Origin: a virus
Lineage: Duplodnaviria; Caudoviricetes
IMG/VR virus record: IMGVR_UViG_3300042256_000025
DNA length: 64,000 nt
Strand: one strand, 5' to 3'
Part shown: positions 45,762-56,546 of the stretch, piece after piece
Numbering within the stretch: the stretch's first letter is position 1
How the letters are laid out: every line of letters starts with the position of its first letter
Notes under the pieces: generated by a model
The model's database searches: none
Seen by the model: the letters and a program-made list of their open reading frames with translations, nothing else
What the model was told of the DNA's origin: nothing
Translations under genes and position numbers: made by a program

Positions 45762-47549
45762 ATGAACACATTACTTATGCAAAATGACGCTGTCGCCCAG
45801 GCGAAGTCTACACTGTCTAGGCTCCACGCGGCAGTAGGTCGTACCAGTACCCTATCCCTCAGTGGCGCGTTAGTACCACGCGTGGTACTGGCAAAACTGG
45901 TATCCCGACTCAAAGGGTTAAAGCTTTTACCCTGCCCTGAACTCGAAACCCATTTGGTCGCCATCGGCAATGGCATCGATAAAGAAGCCCTTTATACCGT
46001 ACCCTATACTGGTACCCGTGTTACAGTAGAGCTCTATGGCGTACTGGAAATCAGTGAGCGCATTGAGGGCCTACTGGCTAATAAAATGTCCGCTACCGAT
46101 AACCGATGGTATTTGCCCATTGGCCGACTCCACCCGCTATCCGTTGAGGTGTGGATCTACACAGGCGACGAGAACCGTGTACACGTAGAGTACGTAGACG
46201 GGGATACACGTACGCCGTTTAATGGGACTTTAGGTGACTGGTGTAAGACCATTTCACCGGCACCACCCACGACATCCAGTGTACTGCCGGTTCACCCGAC
46301 TCCTTTACCTGCGATGGAAGCACGGGGTGAGTCCACCTATGTGAACATAAAAGCGGTGTACGATGACTACTGTAAGTCGGCAACCTTCGACCGACGATGG
46401 AGTAAGCTTACCCTAACGATGGTTCGGGCCTTTGAAGGTCGTGATGAAGAGCACATTAATTTCCTAGGGGGGAATCTGGTAGGCGTATATCGGTTACACT
46501 GGCGTGCCGATGATGCATCAGAGTGGTACGAGCGACTGCGTATCGATGACGTCCGGAGTCTGAAGCAGGATTTCCATGACCTTCCGACCATTAACCCTGA
46601 CTTCCATGTCGTGGGGAACCCGATAAACGCAAGTTTCTTATATGCAGTGCACCGGGTACTGACCGGCGATCTACCTGAACGCGAGCGTACAGAGGTTGCC
46701 GTAGCAATCCTTGCACACATGCATTACCAGTTCCTGTCCTCCCTACTGTACCACCAATTCCCGTACCGGGCACAAGAGGCGATTGCACTGGCACTGTATG
46801 ACTCTTTGAGTCGTAAATCTATGCTGAAGCAGTACCATACCTGGGGTAACCTTGTACGGGCGCGGTCGGAAGACATTATCAGTAAGGGTAGCATTCATTA
46901 CCAGACCCTAATTGACTTTTCAGATGACGAGAAGATCATTTACGCCATCAGTGACATCCAGTCTCGTATCCGTGAGGTCGTTAAGAAGTTAAAGTCTGAG
47001 TACATGCGTTTACGGGATCAGGATGCTCGTGTCATGTCACAAGGCACTACCTTAGTGACCCGAGAGGGTGAAACGGTGTTGCGGGAGTTTGAGAATAAAG
47101 CCGCAGGGCTGCAACGTGCGCTTAAGGACATCATACGCGACCCCCAGGACCTTATTCGCAATGAGGTGCTAGAGAGTACCTTGAAGATGGTCACTACCGC
47201 AGATGAACGGTATCTGCGCACCGCACTCCTTTATCTATCCGACGCGATGGGTAACAAGGAACGGGCCTCCGTTGAGGCCTTGGTCGATGCGTTAGTAATC
47301 TTTATCCAGGGGTATTTACGTCGTGCACCGGCTAGTGAACGTACCCTTATTCATGTGGTCATGAAAGTACGTAACCTGATGCGCTCCTCACAGCTTGCCG
47401 CCTCGGACGCCATTGCCTTACGTAGCCTAACAGCCGATCTTATAGAAAAGGCATTGGAAAAACGTAACACTACGGTGCAGGCCTCTACCCGCATTGCAGT
47501 CTTAGTGTACCTAACCATTCGCCTACTTACCCTTAATCATTTCAAATAA
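45762..47549 (+). CDS. Conserved jumbo-phage virion structural protein
   Basis: EHINFLGGNLVGV and DIQSRIRE segments; possible AME processing site after a Pro-rich linker. Confidence 0.65.
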   Translation: MNTLLMQNDAVAQAKSTLSRLHAAVGRTSTLSLSGALVPRVVLAKLVSRLKGLKLLPCPELETHLVAIGNGIDKEALYTVPYTGTRVTVELYGVLEISERIEGLLANKMSATDNRWYLPIGRLHPLSVEVWIYTGDENRVHVEYVDGDTRTPFNGTLGDWCKTISPAPPTTSSVLPVHPTPLPAMEARGESTYVNIKAVYDDYCKSATFDRRWSKLTLTMVRAFEGRDEEHINFLGGNLVGVYRLHWRADDASEWYERLRIDDVRSLKQDFHDLPTINPDFHVVGNPINASFLYAVHRVLTGDLPERERTEVAVAILAHMHYQFLSSLLYHQFPYRAQEAIALALYDSLSRKSMLKQYHTWGNLVRARSEDIISKGSIHYQTLIDFSDDEKIIYAISDIQSRIREVVKKLKSEYMRLRDQDARVMSQGTTLVTREGETVLREFENKAAGLQRALKDIIRDPQDLIRNEVLESTLKMVTTADERYLRTALLYLSDAMGNKERASVEALVDALVIFIQGYLRRAPASERTLIHVVMKVRNLMRSSQLAASDAIALRSLTADLIEKALEKRNTTVQASTRIAVLVYLTIRLLTLNHFK

Positions 47550-47560
47550 GAGTATCCCTC

Positions 47561-47932
47561 ATGAGTTGTTTACCGGATAAATGTCTCTGTAATAAGACCT
47601 CCCTTACGGCACTGCTGGATCCCGGCAAGATCGACAGTGAAAACTTCGCCTATACCCTGACCTGTGCCTTAACTGACTTCAATAACACCATCATGGAAGT
47701 GAAGCCGCTACCCCAGTCGGTGAATGAGGCGAATCTTCATACCACAATTGTAGAGCTGTTGAAACCCACGCTGAATGCCCATAACTGGGACATCAGTGTG
47801 GAAGTGGCAGGCCCGTATAGCTGGGCTGTAACCACTTGGCCTCTTCAGGCCGTTACGGAGGAAGGGTGCCTGTGCCAGCTTTCGTGGGACGTTAACCTTA
47901 TCTGCATCAAACGGGTGAAGAAAAATACATGA
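47561..47932 (+). CDS. Hypothetical protein
   Basis: ATGA coupling to the deaminase gene. Confidence 0.6.
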   Translation: MSCLPDKCLCNKTSLTALLDPGKIDSENFAYTLTCALTDFNNTIMEVKPLPQSVNEANLHTTIVELLKPTLNAHNWDISVEVAGPYSWAVTTWPLQAVTEEGCLCQLSWDVNLICIKRVKKNT

Positions 47933-48399
47933 TCTCGACTAAATGGACAGAGCGATTTGTGGAGCTAAGTCGTCACGTCGCTACCTGGTCAAAGGACCCC
48001 TCAACGCAGGTAGGCGCACTGTTAGTGAACATGGATAAGAATGTACTGGCGTTGGGGTATAATGGATTCCCACGGGGGATGGATGATACTCCAGCCCTCT
48101 ACCATGACCGACCCTTTAAATACAAACACATCTTGCATGCAGAAACGAATGCCTGTTTAAATGCACTTTCCAGTGGCAGTCGGGTAGAGGAAAGTATCCT
48201 GTTTGTAACCCACCCGCCGTGTACCCATTGTACAGGGGTAATCAAACAGGCCGGTGTCGTTGCCTGCATATTTCCAATGCCCGATGATGACTTCCTCAGT
48301 CGCTGGCCGTTAGACGACACGATTGATCACTTCAAGCGCGTGAAGTTAGGGCTGGCAATGTGGGATGGCGATAACTTGGTATGGCTACACAACGTATAA
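47929..48399 (+). CDS. dCMP deaminase
   Basis: SKDPSTQVGA, GYNGFPRG, HAE and PCTHC zinc motifs. Confidence 0.93.
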   Translation: MISTKWTERFVELSRHVATWSKDPSTQVGALLVNMDKNVLALGYNGFPRGMDDTPALYHDRPFKYKHILHAETNACLNALSSGSRVEESILFVTHPPCTHCTGVIKQAGVVACIFPMPDDDFLSRWPLDDTIDHFKRVKLGLAMWDGDNLVWLHNV

Positions 48400-48441
48400 C
48401 ACGAATACTCCACTCCCCACACGGGGAGTGGAGTATTACTA

Positions 48442-50580
48442 TTAATAACCTCTATTTCGCAACAGCGCCCCACGTAAGCTGTTTGTCTTACGTTTGGACT
48501 CTTTGACTTGCTCTAAGATACTGTCCATGGACATGGCGCTACCGCCATCCACCTCCGTACGCGCGACCAACCGTTTAAGGTTAGCTTCAATACGAATGCG
48601 TTCCGCTGGACTGTCCGCTTCCTTAAGTTGCTCCTTAAGGTCCTCAATCTCTAATCTAAGTTTAGCCTGCTCACCCCGTTTAACGGCATCCTCTTCTGAC
48701 AGAGTTGCCCCGTCGTCCGATACCAATGACATTACGTCCCGGGTGTCCAAGCCGTACTCATCCAAGTGACGACCATGGGATAGGAACCAATGTCCCAATA
48801 GCCACCCCATGACCAAATCATCGTGTCCTCCCTCTGGATGGTCCACCCGCCCATTGCGGGTAACCAGTCCACGGATTTCAGAGGACAGGGTGCGGTCTCG
48901 TACTTTATGGGCGGTGGTCTTCGCCGCTTGCTGGAGGACCGTATCGTACAGAAAGGCTCTGCGGTTACCCGTGGTCATAAAGCCAAACTTACCCTTATGA
49001 CGTAAGTAGAACTCCTCCTTACGCTGGCTCAAGGGACGACACAGCTCCTTGTAGTCTTCGGGGTACTCAGCCTTATTGTCAATCAGTCGATTGTAAATGC
49101 GGCGGAAGGGGTCTACACCGTAGGTGGGTAGCTTCGCAATCAAATAGTCCAGGATACCCTGTGCTGAGGATTTGTTCTCAATCATCAGGATGGTTTTGGG
49201 GAACCGTACCATAAGTTGTAACAGCCATTCTGCATAACGGTACAGGTTAGCCTCTGAAATATCCGACGCTGCCGTAATTGAAAGATCACGACTATCGAGT
49301 ATGGCAAGTCCATTGCTGTCGCGCCCTACGGCGTTCGAGCTATCCAGTGATAAGATGTGCCAGTGGCTTTCCATCACCCGTGTAATGTCCGCATGTGGAT
49401 GGTACCATCGCAGTATGTAGTTATTAGTGCTGCGCTCAATATAGAGAGGATCCATCTCAGATAGGGCGATGGCTTGGTTTAGCTGTATGGAGAGAGGTGA
49501 ACTCTCTGTACCGCTGGTCCAGATATTAAAGAAGTCACGGTTCGCCAAGTCCTCAGAGGCACGGGCGTTATCGATCGCTTCTCGTAACCAGTCATCCGTT
49601 TTACCCAATTGACGGTGACTAAAGGTACCGTTGATCATGGGGCTGTTTGAGGTAGAGTTAGCTTTAATAACCCGCACCAAATCCTCAATGTTTACACAAT
49701 CGTACAAACATTCATTCCAGTACATGCCATTGTGTACCAGGTTATATGCAAAGCGCCCCTCTTTCGTATCCTTACGTCCAGCTGTAGTCGTAAAGATGTT
49801 ACCATAGAGCCCTCGTGCCATCTTCGCGTTCTCACGCGCCGCTGTAGCCGCCGCCAGCGCCACTGGCAAGGAGATGTGGATGTTCGGGATATAGGGTAGC
49901 TCGTCCGCCTGCAATATGGCTGCGGTTAAACCACGACCTAGGTTATCTGCACCCTCACGTGACTTCTGACCCACTGCGGTAAGATATTCATTAGAACGCT
50001 CAACCATGGTAACAATTTCGGTATTATCCGCATCATTACGGGTGGTCGGATTCAGGTAATTCGGTAGCTGATCCCGTATCGCTTTAATGCGGGCGACGTT
50101 CTGACGGCGTAGGGGATGGTCTTTGGTTATAAGCTGTACTTTGGTACTCCACGCCATCATGGTCAGAATAATCACCATGAGTACGTCGGTTGATGCCGAT
50201 TTACCGGTCTGACGGGGCTGTATCAATGCGTAATCAATGTGGTTAAAGAAGCACCACATCATGGAGATATTACCCCGGTTCGCTTTAAAGGGAATGGGTG
50301 CGGGACCACCCTGTGGCGGTAGGCGAATCACTTCTCGAACAACATACCAGGGATTCCATTGACACTCGGTGGCGATGGCGACCTTCGTTTCAAAATCCAA
50401 ATTAGGGTCGTGTGGATCAATGCCCTGTAGTGCGGGGTTTAGCAGTGATAGGTGAAACGCATGGTTTTCAACACCCATCTCACGGTAGACTGCTGCCAGA
50501 CGTAAGAAGGACTCGTTTGTCGTGCGGGTATCCGCAATGGCGGTGCCGTATCGGTTCCAATCAGACTTGAACAAAATCAT
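48442..50580 (-). CDS. Terminase large subunit (phiKZ gp25-like)
   Basis: NPWYVVRE, Walker A PRQTGKS, Walker B LQADE, TTTAG, nuclease LDSS and HDDLV. Confidence 0.92.
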   Translation of the reverse strand: MILFKSDWNRYGTAIADTRTTNESFLRLAAVYREMGVENHAFHLSLLNPALQGIDPHDPNLDFETKVAIATECQWNPWYVVREVIRLPPQGGPAPIPFKANRGNISMMWCFFNHIDYALIQPRQTGKSASTDVLMVIILTMMAWSTKVQLITKDHPLRRQNVARIKAIRDQLPNYLNPTTRNDADNTEIVTMVERSNEYLTAVGQKSREGADNLGRGLTAAILQADELPYIPNIHISLPVALAAATAARENAKMARGLYGNIFTTTAGRKDTKEGRFAYNLVHNGMYWNECLYDCVNIEDLVRVIKANSTSNSPMINGTFSHRQLGKTDDWLREAIDNARASEDLANRDFFNIWTSGTESSPLSIQLNQAIALSEMDPLYIERSTNNYILRWYHPHADITRVMESHWHILSLDSSNAVGRDSNGLAILDSRDLSITAASDISEANLYRYAEWLLQLMVRFPKTILMIENKSSAQGILDYLIAKLPTYGVDPFRRIYNRLIDNKAEYPEDYKELCRPLSQRKEEFYLRHKGKFGFMTTGNRRAFLYDTVLQQAAKTTAHKVRDRTLSSEIRGLVTRNGRVDHPEGGHDDLVMGWLLGHWFLSHGRHLDEYGLDTRDVMSLVSDDGATLSEEDAVKRGEQAKLRLEIEDLKEQLKEADSPAERIRIEANLKRLVARTEVDGGSAMSMDSILEQVKESKRKTNSLRGALLRNRGY

Positions 50581-50681
50581 ACCGACTATCCTTAAAGGTA
50601 AAATTAACTAATAGATTCAACATTAATATTATTGGGAACAATCCCACCATTACTATCACGACTACCACTAGGATCACTAAC

Positions 50682-50978
50682 ATGAATCAGAACTTCACCA
50701 TCAAGGCATATAAGCCCCTTAAAAATGCAACCGTAGAATGTCGCGTCTATAGCTGCCGCTCATATCGGTTTGAATGGTGCACCAATGACGGTATAATTTT
50801 AACTGCGTGTGGGCTGTCTGGGACAGATGAGGATGTAATATTTATGATACCTCCCAGCAGTGCAGCTCCTACGGAGAATGATTTTACAAAGATCATTGTT
50901 GAGAACATGGCAGGTAAAACGGTTGACTACCATAAATACAAAGGCGATAAGTTAGTTACGTTTACGACTTCAACCTAA
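50682..50978 (+). CDS. Small hypothetical protein
   Basis: 98 aa; IIVENMAGKTV; RBS AGGA; inverted relative to its neighbours. Confidence 0.6.
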   Translation: MNQNFTIKAYKPLKNATVECRVYSCRSYRFEWCTNDGIILTACGLSGTDEDVIFMIPPSSAAPTENDFTKIIVENMAGKTVDYHKYKGDKLVTFTTST

Positions 50979-51051
50979 GGACACCAATACCTGACCATAG
51001 GTCTTTAAAGATACTCTCCCTATCCCCATTGGGGATAGGGAGAGTATGGTG

Positions 51052-52719
51052 TTAAATGTCGTTCTCAATCGAGAGGGGTGTTATGCCGACAACCTTTTCG
51101 CGACCGTTCGCAATAACCAACCATACAATGTTCAGTGGCCATGCACGGTCCCATTCACGGTCCAGACCTAACCGGAAGGTTTGGTTCCAGTCCTCTACAG
51201 CATAGGTACCAATCTCCCAGTCACCGTTATCGCCACCGTTCTCTAAACGGAAATGGGTTGGGGTTGGCGCAGCATCCAGGAGTTCAGGGTCAAAGATCGG
51301 ATCCATGCTACTATAGAGCACCGACAGCCAGTCGTACACCACCACCTGGTTACAGCTGATGTTGAACGGCTTCTCATCCAAGGAACTTGCAACCGCATAC
51401 ACATCATGTCCAAATTGCGTATACCCATCACCCAGATAGTCAATGATCCAGTTATCTACCTCAGTGGCATTGGGTGGGTTCAAGGTCAGGGTAACCTGCT
51501 GTGTATGGATGTGACCAGGGTATGCACCTGGCAGTACGCTATCCAGATCCAGTGTAAGGTTAAGGATTTGAGTAATGCCAAATGAGAGTCCGTTAAAGTC
51601 CCACCCATTACTTTGCTTAACCAGCACCTGCTCTGTGACGTCCAGGTTCAATGTATACTCCACATCGGTCAGACGTATCCGTAGTTCGTACTGGGTTCCA
51701 GTCCAATACGGAATGACGTAGAGCTTAAACGCAAAGCTCTGACTGGTGGGTACGTTCGCCAGCTTATACGTTTTACTGATCGAAGGAATCGGTGTACCCG
51801 ACAGGTTAATTGACTGCTCTTGAGCACTCGGATAGTAGGTTAATACCACGTGTGTGGTTGGTCCCAACAAACTGGTATTGAAATTACTTAACCCATGGAG
51901 CTTTACCCGCACCCCGTCAATCGCATGGTCCTGATAGTTCCCATCACTGTAGTGTACCCGACAGGTTAACATGGACGTGTTAAAGGGCACGTTAAGCTGG
52001 TTCTCAATCAGTAGCGGGTCATGGTCAGAGAGCAGGTGGGAAATAAGCTCTACGTCCTCTACATAGACGTTGGACGCAGTAGGTCCAGCTATCATGTTCG
52101 CATTGCGTACAATAAAACTGTGTTCCCCACAGGCTCGCCCTGCGGCATTGTAAATAATAGCGGTGACAATCTCACCGTCCTGCAGATCCTGACTGGTATG
52201 ACAGCGTGCAGGGCGTTTGAGCGTAGCGTTACCCTGAAACAAAGGTACAAGGTCTACAGACTCTGAAATGACCGCACCCCGACTGTCAACGGATTGTGAG
52301 ACAACGGTACCTTCCGGTGAGGTATCGGTACCCAGATAAAGCTTCATCTGAGTAGCCTCACTCCCGTATACCCGATACCGACTGTCGATTGACAGGGTAA
52401 AGGGCTTCGTCATCTTATCGATAAAGATACGGGTTGCGATATGGGGCTGATAGAGTTTGAGTCCCTCGTGTAAGTTGTCAGGGTCTTTAATTTCATTCTC
52501 GAATCGAGCAGCTGGGTTAAAGGGCACCAGGGTCGGAATTGCCGTTACCGCATCTACTGCATCAACTCGATAGAATAAATCAAACCCGTCAAATACAATG
52601 TCCCCAACGTTAGGCACATATAGCGTATCTGACGTGTCAATGTTTTCACCCGTATACACCTCTCGCAAGGTCCATACGCGAAACCCGCGTTCCGGGTCCC
52701 GTCTATATACAACTGACAT
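51052..52719 (-). CDS. Virion structural (tail/baseplate) protein, phiKZ gp26-like
   Basis: RDPERGFRVW..EVYTG, YVPNVGD and APTPTHF; synteny between terminase and sheath. Confidence 0.7.
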   Translation of the reverse strand: MSVVYRRDPERGFRVWTLREVYTGENIDTSDTLYVPNVGDIVFDGFDLFYRVDAVDAVTAIPTLVPFNPAARFENEIKDPDNLHEGLKLYQPHIATRIFIDKMTKPFTLSIDSRYRVYGSEATQMKLYLGTDTSPEGTVVSQSVDSRGAVISESVDLVPLFQGNATLKRPARCHTSQDLQDGEIVTAIIYNAAGRACGEHSFIVRNANMIAGPTASNVYVEDVELISHLLSDHDPLLIENQLNVPFNTSMLTCRVHYSDGNYQDHAIDGVRVKLHGLSNFNTSLLGPTTHVVLTYYPSAQEQSINLSGTPIPSISKTYKLANVPTSQSFAFKLYVIPYWTGTQYELRIRLTDVEYTLNLDVTEQVLVKQSNGWDFNGLSFGITQILNLTLDLDSVLPGAYPGHIHTQQVTLTLNPPNATEVDNWIIDYLGDGYTQFGHDVYAVASSLDEKPFNISCNQVVVYDWLSVLYSSMDPIFDPELLDAAPTPTHFRLENGGDNGDWEIGTYAVEDWNQTFRLGLDREWDRAWPLNIVWLVIANGREKVVGITPLSIENDI

Positions 52720-52728
52720 AGTGTCACC

Positions 52729-55299
52729 TTATGCTTTTACTACATTGAAGTAGGTATTAAAGACCAGTCGCTTATGGAAGTAAAGCTCGTTCAATATCCG
52801 TAAGAACATAAATTCGTCCTCCGTTACTTGTATCTGCTCATTCGCAGGGCACGGATGCACATCGATCATGTTCCATTCCAGGTCTTCTGATAGAACGTCC
52901 CCTTCAAGCTCACCTAAATAGTCGTGCATGGCTACAACGGCCGCCCCTCGACTCAGCCCAATGCGCGCTACGTCAATGACCTTGTCCCGTATACGCTGTA
53001 CAGTACGGTATACGAATGGACTGTGGATAGCATGGGCGTGCGTAATAAAGACAGGCGCATCTACGTATGGTCGCTCCAAGATAGGGTATAGCAGTCGACT
53101 GGCGTCTGACTCTGTCTCTTGTACTAAACCATAACGTTCCATTACCCACTCTGATAGGGAGCGGACAGGGGTTTCTCGATAGTACAGCCCCCCTTCACGT
53201 ATGGAAGCCGCAAGACTCTGCTCTGGTCGCTCTGTCAAATCCCAGTCATCCACTGAAGATAGTTTCCCATCTACCACTAGAGTATGGAAACGAAGATCAC
53301 TAAAGCGGGTCGTTTTCCCATCCACCATCCTACGGTTACGGACAAACCCTGACTCAGCCCAATAATCGGTTTGATCGGGTAACCCATAATGGAATACCTG
53401 TACCCGTACACGGTCATTTAAATGCCCTAGGTGATATTCCTTCGTATAGAGTTGAATGTTGGGGTAATCGACTTTAAAGTCTATACCCTCTACTAGACGG
53501 CGACCATCTAGATAGATCTCTAGATGGGAGAGACGCAGCAGTGTGGCGGGACCCTCATCGCTATAGATTGAAAACGGATGGTAGAGGAGCTCAGGGTCCA
53601 CCGAAAGGTCACGATATATGCTATCACGGATCGTGCGACGCATTCGCTCATCCGTTTTGTGGTGATCCAACCACGTCAGAGTACCTGTACTCTGGTCCAC
53701 TGTATAGTCTACCCCGTGGAAAGCCGGATGCCAGTTCTCACTCGGCACTGCCCGCCAGTAGTATTGGTCACCAAACCAATCAGCCTCGGTAATGTAATCG
53801 GTATCCCGATCCATCCCATCACCTGTCTCACGACCATCACCAGGAATGCACCGTACTCGTTTAACGAACTCACTTAACTGAACGGTGGACCCATAACTGC
53901 CCTCAGGTACCCTCACGACTTCAATCAGGATGCCCTCCACATCGTACCCAAGTACCAAACAGCCAATGCTTGAAATCCAAGGCAATCGGTAATTCCATTT
54001 TTGTATACCGGCATTCCATAGAAAATGTGACTCAGGATAATGGCCTTCCAGTACACGACGGTTTACCTCATCGTAGCTATACAGACCTGCAAGTGCCTCC
54101 AGTGAGAGTGTACCTGCAACGGCGTTCTGCCACTGCATGTAGGCGGATTGCTCCAACTGCGTCGGCTGCCAGCAGGTAAAGGTACTGCCTGTCCCCACCA
54201 TTAGGCTACGTCGGTAAGCTTCATCTACCCGATACAAGTCCAATGTATGCTGCCCATCGACCTGAGGGAAGCGCTTTACCGCATCTGTGGTTTTACGGAA
54301 GAAGATTCGGAAGAAAGGCTCCGTTAACGGTAGGGTTTCCCAGTGTTCCTGGATAAGCGCCTCTACGCGGCGACTGTCTACCCCAAAATCCTGATGTGTT
54401 AACTGGCGGATATCGGCATCCTGAATACGGCTAAAGAAGATACCCTTAAATCGAGGATAATCCCCTACATTCGCCTGTCGACCTACAAGGTAGATGTCCA
54501 ACTCATCAGCCGGTACCGCCTGTTCCGGGTCGTCCAGGTTTAAAGATACTAGCCACTTATTTGCCTGATCTAGCTCAGAATAATAGTGCATAAGGTCATT
54601 GATGGGTAGATCTATATATCCCATTCCAGACTTATCCACATGTAAAGCTAGCGTATCGCCTGCCTGCAGCTCACTGGCACTGATGTCATTGACATAATAG
54701 CCGTTATGGAATAGGAGCTTATGTCCCTCTTCTTCTAGGCGCCAACGGGTAATAACCGGCCCAGCCTCATCGACTGTATTCAGATAACCACCTACATAGT
54801 CGATGGGTGTGTCCAGGTGCTGTCCCTGTTCCTGTAACCAGTCATTCGAGAATACACGCAGGTACAATGCCTGCTCAGTTTCCAGTAATATCTCGTTTAC
54901 CTGTGCGTTAACAGCCAGTGTTATCTGCATGCGCTCATTGCGGCGAATATAGATACTGGATAGCGGGAGCTGACGCTGCGCAATGTGAACATTAACCACC
55001 ATCTCATTTTCACGGGCAACTTCGTCCAGTCGAATCCAGCGTAACATTTCCAAGCGACTGTATTCTAGTCCCAGAAAGACACTGCTTTGTTGACCAAGCC
55101 CATAAACAACGTACCGGTTGGTACTGTCCGGCAAGTAGTGGTCGGTGTACCCTAGGTTAACGCGCACACGGTCGCCCCGCAGGCGGTTAAACCGTGCGGG
55201 TACGATGGTGAAGTGTCGGTCATCGTGTGGGTCAAACCACATTTCCTCTGCAGCGGCCTTAATAAGGTCCTGCTCAAACTGGTTCGTCGGCATTTTCAA
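52729..55299 (-). CDS. Virion structural protein, phiKZ gp27-like
   Basis: 856 aa; IRQLTHQDF and YLDGRRLVEGIDF; synteny. Confidence 0.7.
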   Translation of the reverse strand: MKMPTNQFEQDLIKAAAEEMWFDPHDDRHFTIVPARFNRLRGDRVRVNLGYTDHYLPDSTNRYVVYGLGQQSSVFLGLEYSRLEMLRWIRLDEVARENEMVVNVHIAQRQLPLSSIYIRRNERMQITLAVNAQVNEILLETEQALYLRVFSNDWLQEQGQHLDTPIDYVGGYLNTVDEAGPVITRWRLEEEGHKLLFHNGYYVNDISASELQAGDTLALHVDKSGMGYIDLPINDLMHYYSELDQANKWLVSLNLDDPEQAVPADELDIYLVGRQANVGDYPRFKGIFFSRIQDADIRQLTHQDFGVDSRRVEALIQEHWETLPLTEPFFRIFFRKTTDAVKRFPQVDGQHTLDLYRVDEAYRRSLMVGTGSTFTCWQPTQLEQSAYMQWQNAVAGTLSLEALAGLYSYDEVNRRVLEGHYPESHFLWNAGIQKWNYRLPWISSIGCLVLGYDVEGILIEVVRVPEGSYGSTVQLSEFVKRVRCIPGDGRETGDGMDRDTDYITEADWFGDQYYWRAVPSENWHPAFHGVDYTVDQSTGTLTWLDHHKTDERMRRTIRDSIYRDLSVDPELLYHPFSIYSDEGPATLLRLSHLEIYLDGRRLVEGIDFKVDYPNIQLYTKEYHLGHLNDRVRVQVFHYGLPDQTDYWAESGFVRNRRMVDGKTTRFSDLRFHTLVVDGKLSSVDDWDLTERPEQSLAASIREGGLYYRETPVRSLSEWVMERYGLVQETESDASRLLYPILERPYVDAPVFITHAHAIHSPFVYRTVQRIRDKVIDVARIGLSRGAAVVAMHDYLGELEGDVLSEDLEWNMIDVHPCPANEQIQVTEDEFMFLRILNELYFHKRLVFNTYFNVVKA

Positions 55300-56203
55300 T
55301 ATCCCCTAAAAAGGACACGACTGCCTTCAAGTTAGCGGTGCGCTGCATTGAAGCACAGGTACGCCCGATGCGAGTTTTGGATTTGTACATGTTTGTGGTT
55401 TCCGCCAGGGCAACCATTTGTGATAATACCGGCGGGTACTCCAGCGCCATAATCGACAGGCTTACCGCCTCATAGCCAATCCAGCTCCCGCTGCCCATTA
55501 ACTGAATCATGGTGTTGGAATTAAACTGACCCATATGGGTGGTAACACTCTGTCGGATCGCCAAGCATAGGCCTTCTAAATTAGAGGGGCGCTCTTTCAG
55601 CCATTCCTGTACCTCTGCATTTTCTAAGGTATCAATGACCATCTGTGGCGGTACCCAGCCACCGCGTGCACCCAACAGTCGAATCGCCATCGCGGTGAGC
55701 TCTTCAGGATCGACACGGTAATCTTTACGCGCCTTATGACCACTGGCCTCTAGGTAGAGTGCCAGATAGTAGACCGCTGCAAGGATACGGATAGTGGCAC
55801 CATCTGTGGCTGGCATGGCAAAGCGGCTGGCTAAGCCATTAGAGATCCACTGGCTGAATACTAACGCTGTAGGGCGCATCACGGCATCGTACGCATCGGG
55901 ATTTGTCTGCCAGAGGTACTCAAGGTATCCCCGCTGCACGAGGTTACGGTACTCTGGCATATTGCGAATGCCACCGGCTTTGTTATAAAAAGGACGACCA
56001 TCCAGGAACACCTTACCGTCGTGAAAGATCGGATGACTCCAGTGGTCCAATTTCTCGTTTTCACCAGTCGTAATGTAAATGTGTTTCGATACAGGCTTGA
56101 GTTGCCCCTCTCCCCCCAAGGCCAACTGCTCATCAATACCTTGTTTAATCTGCTGGATGCGTCCTGCAAACTGACGTCCAATTGTAGTGCTGTATGGTCC
56201 CAT
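55274..56203 (-). CDS. Virion structural protein, phiKZ gp28-like
   Basis: HPIF..DGRPF and ALEYPP; synteny. Confidence 0.7.
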   Translation of the reverse strand: MGPYSTTIGRQFAGRIQQIKQGIDEQLALGGEGQLKPVSKHIYITTGENEKLDHWSHPIFHDGKVFLDGRPFYNKAGGIRNMPEYRNLVQRGYLEYLWQTNPDAYDAVMRPTALVFSQWISNGLASRFAMPATDGATIRILAAVYYLALYLEASGHKARKDYRVDPEELTAMAIRLLGARGGWVPPQMVIDTLENAEVQEWLKERPSNLEGLCLAIRQSVTTHMGQFNSNTMIQLMGSGSWIGYEAVSLSIMALEYPPVLSQMVALAETTNMYKSKTRIGRTCASMQRTANLKAVVSFLGDIENADEPV

Positions 56204-56546
56204 GGCGGGTACTCCTGTTATCGGTTAAATCGTATAGGCCTGTTAAAAATTATCGTAGCAGTATATAGAGCCAATTCTTACTATTCGCCTTTGGCTCTAC
56301 TAAACATACGATTCCACCGGCTTGCCTGTGGTTAATAGGCATCCCGCTCGCATTACGTATCTCACTTATGTCGGTGAATTGATCACTCATCGCATAGTGT
56401 CGTTGGGACTGGATTCTATGTGTACTCTGCCTTGTATTTATGTATATGGCTGGTCATGTGGAGTCCATGCCACTCATAACTTTGCAAAGTTAAAAGGTTA
56501 AAAATATGCGCATACATAAACCTAGCATTTTGGGAGGTAACCTCCA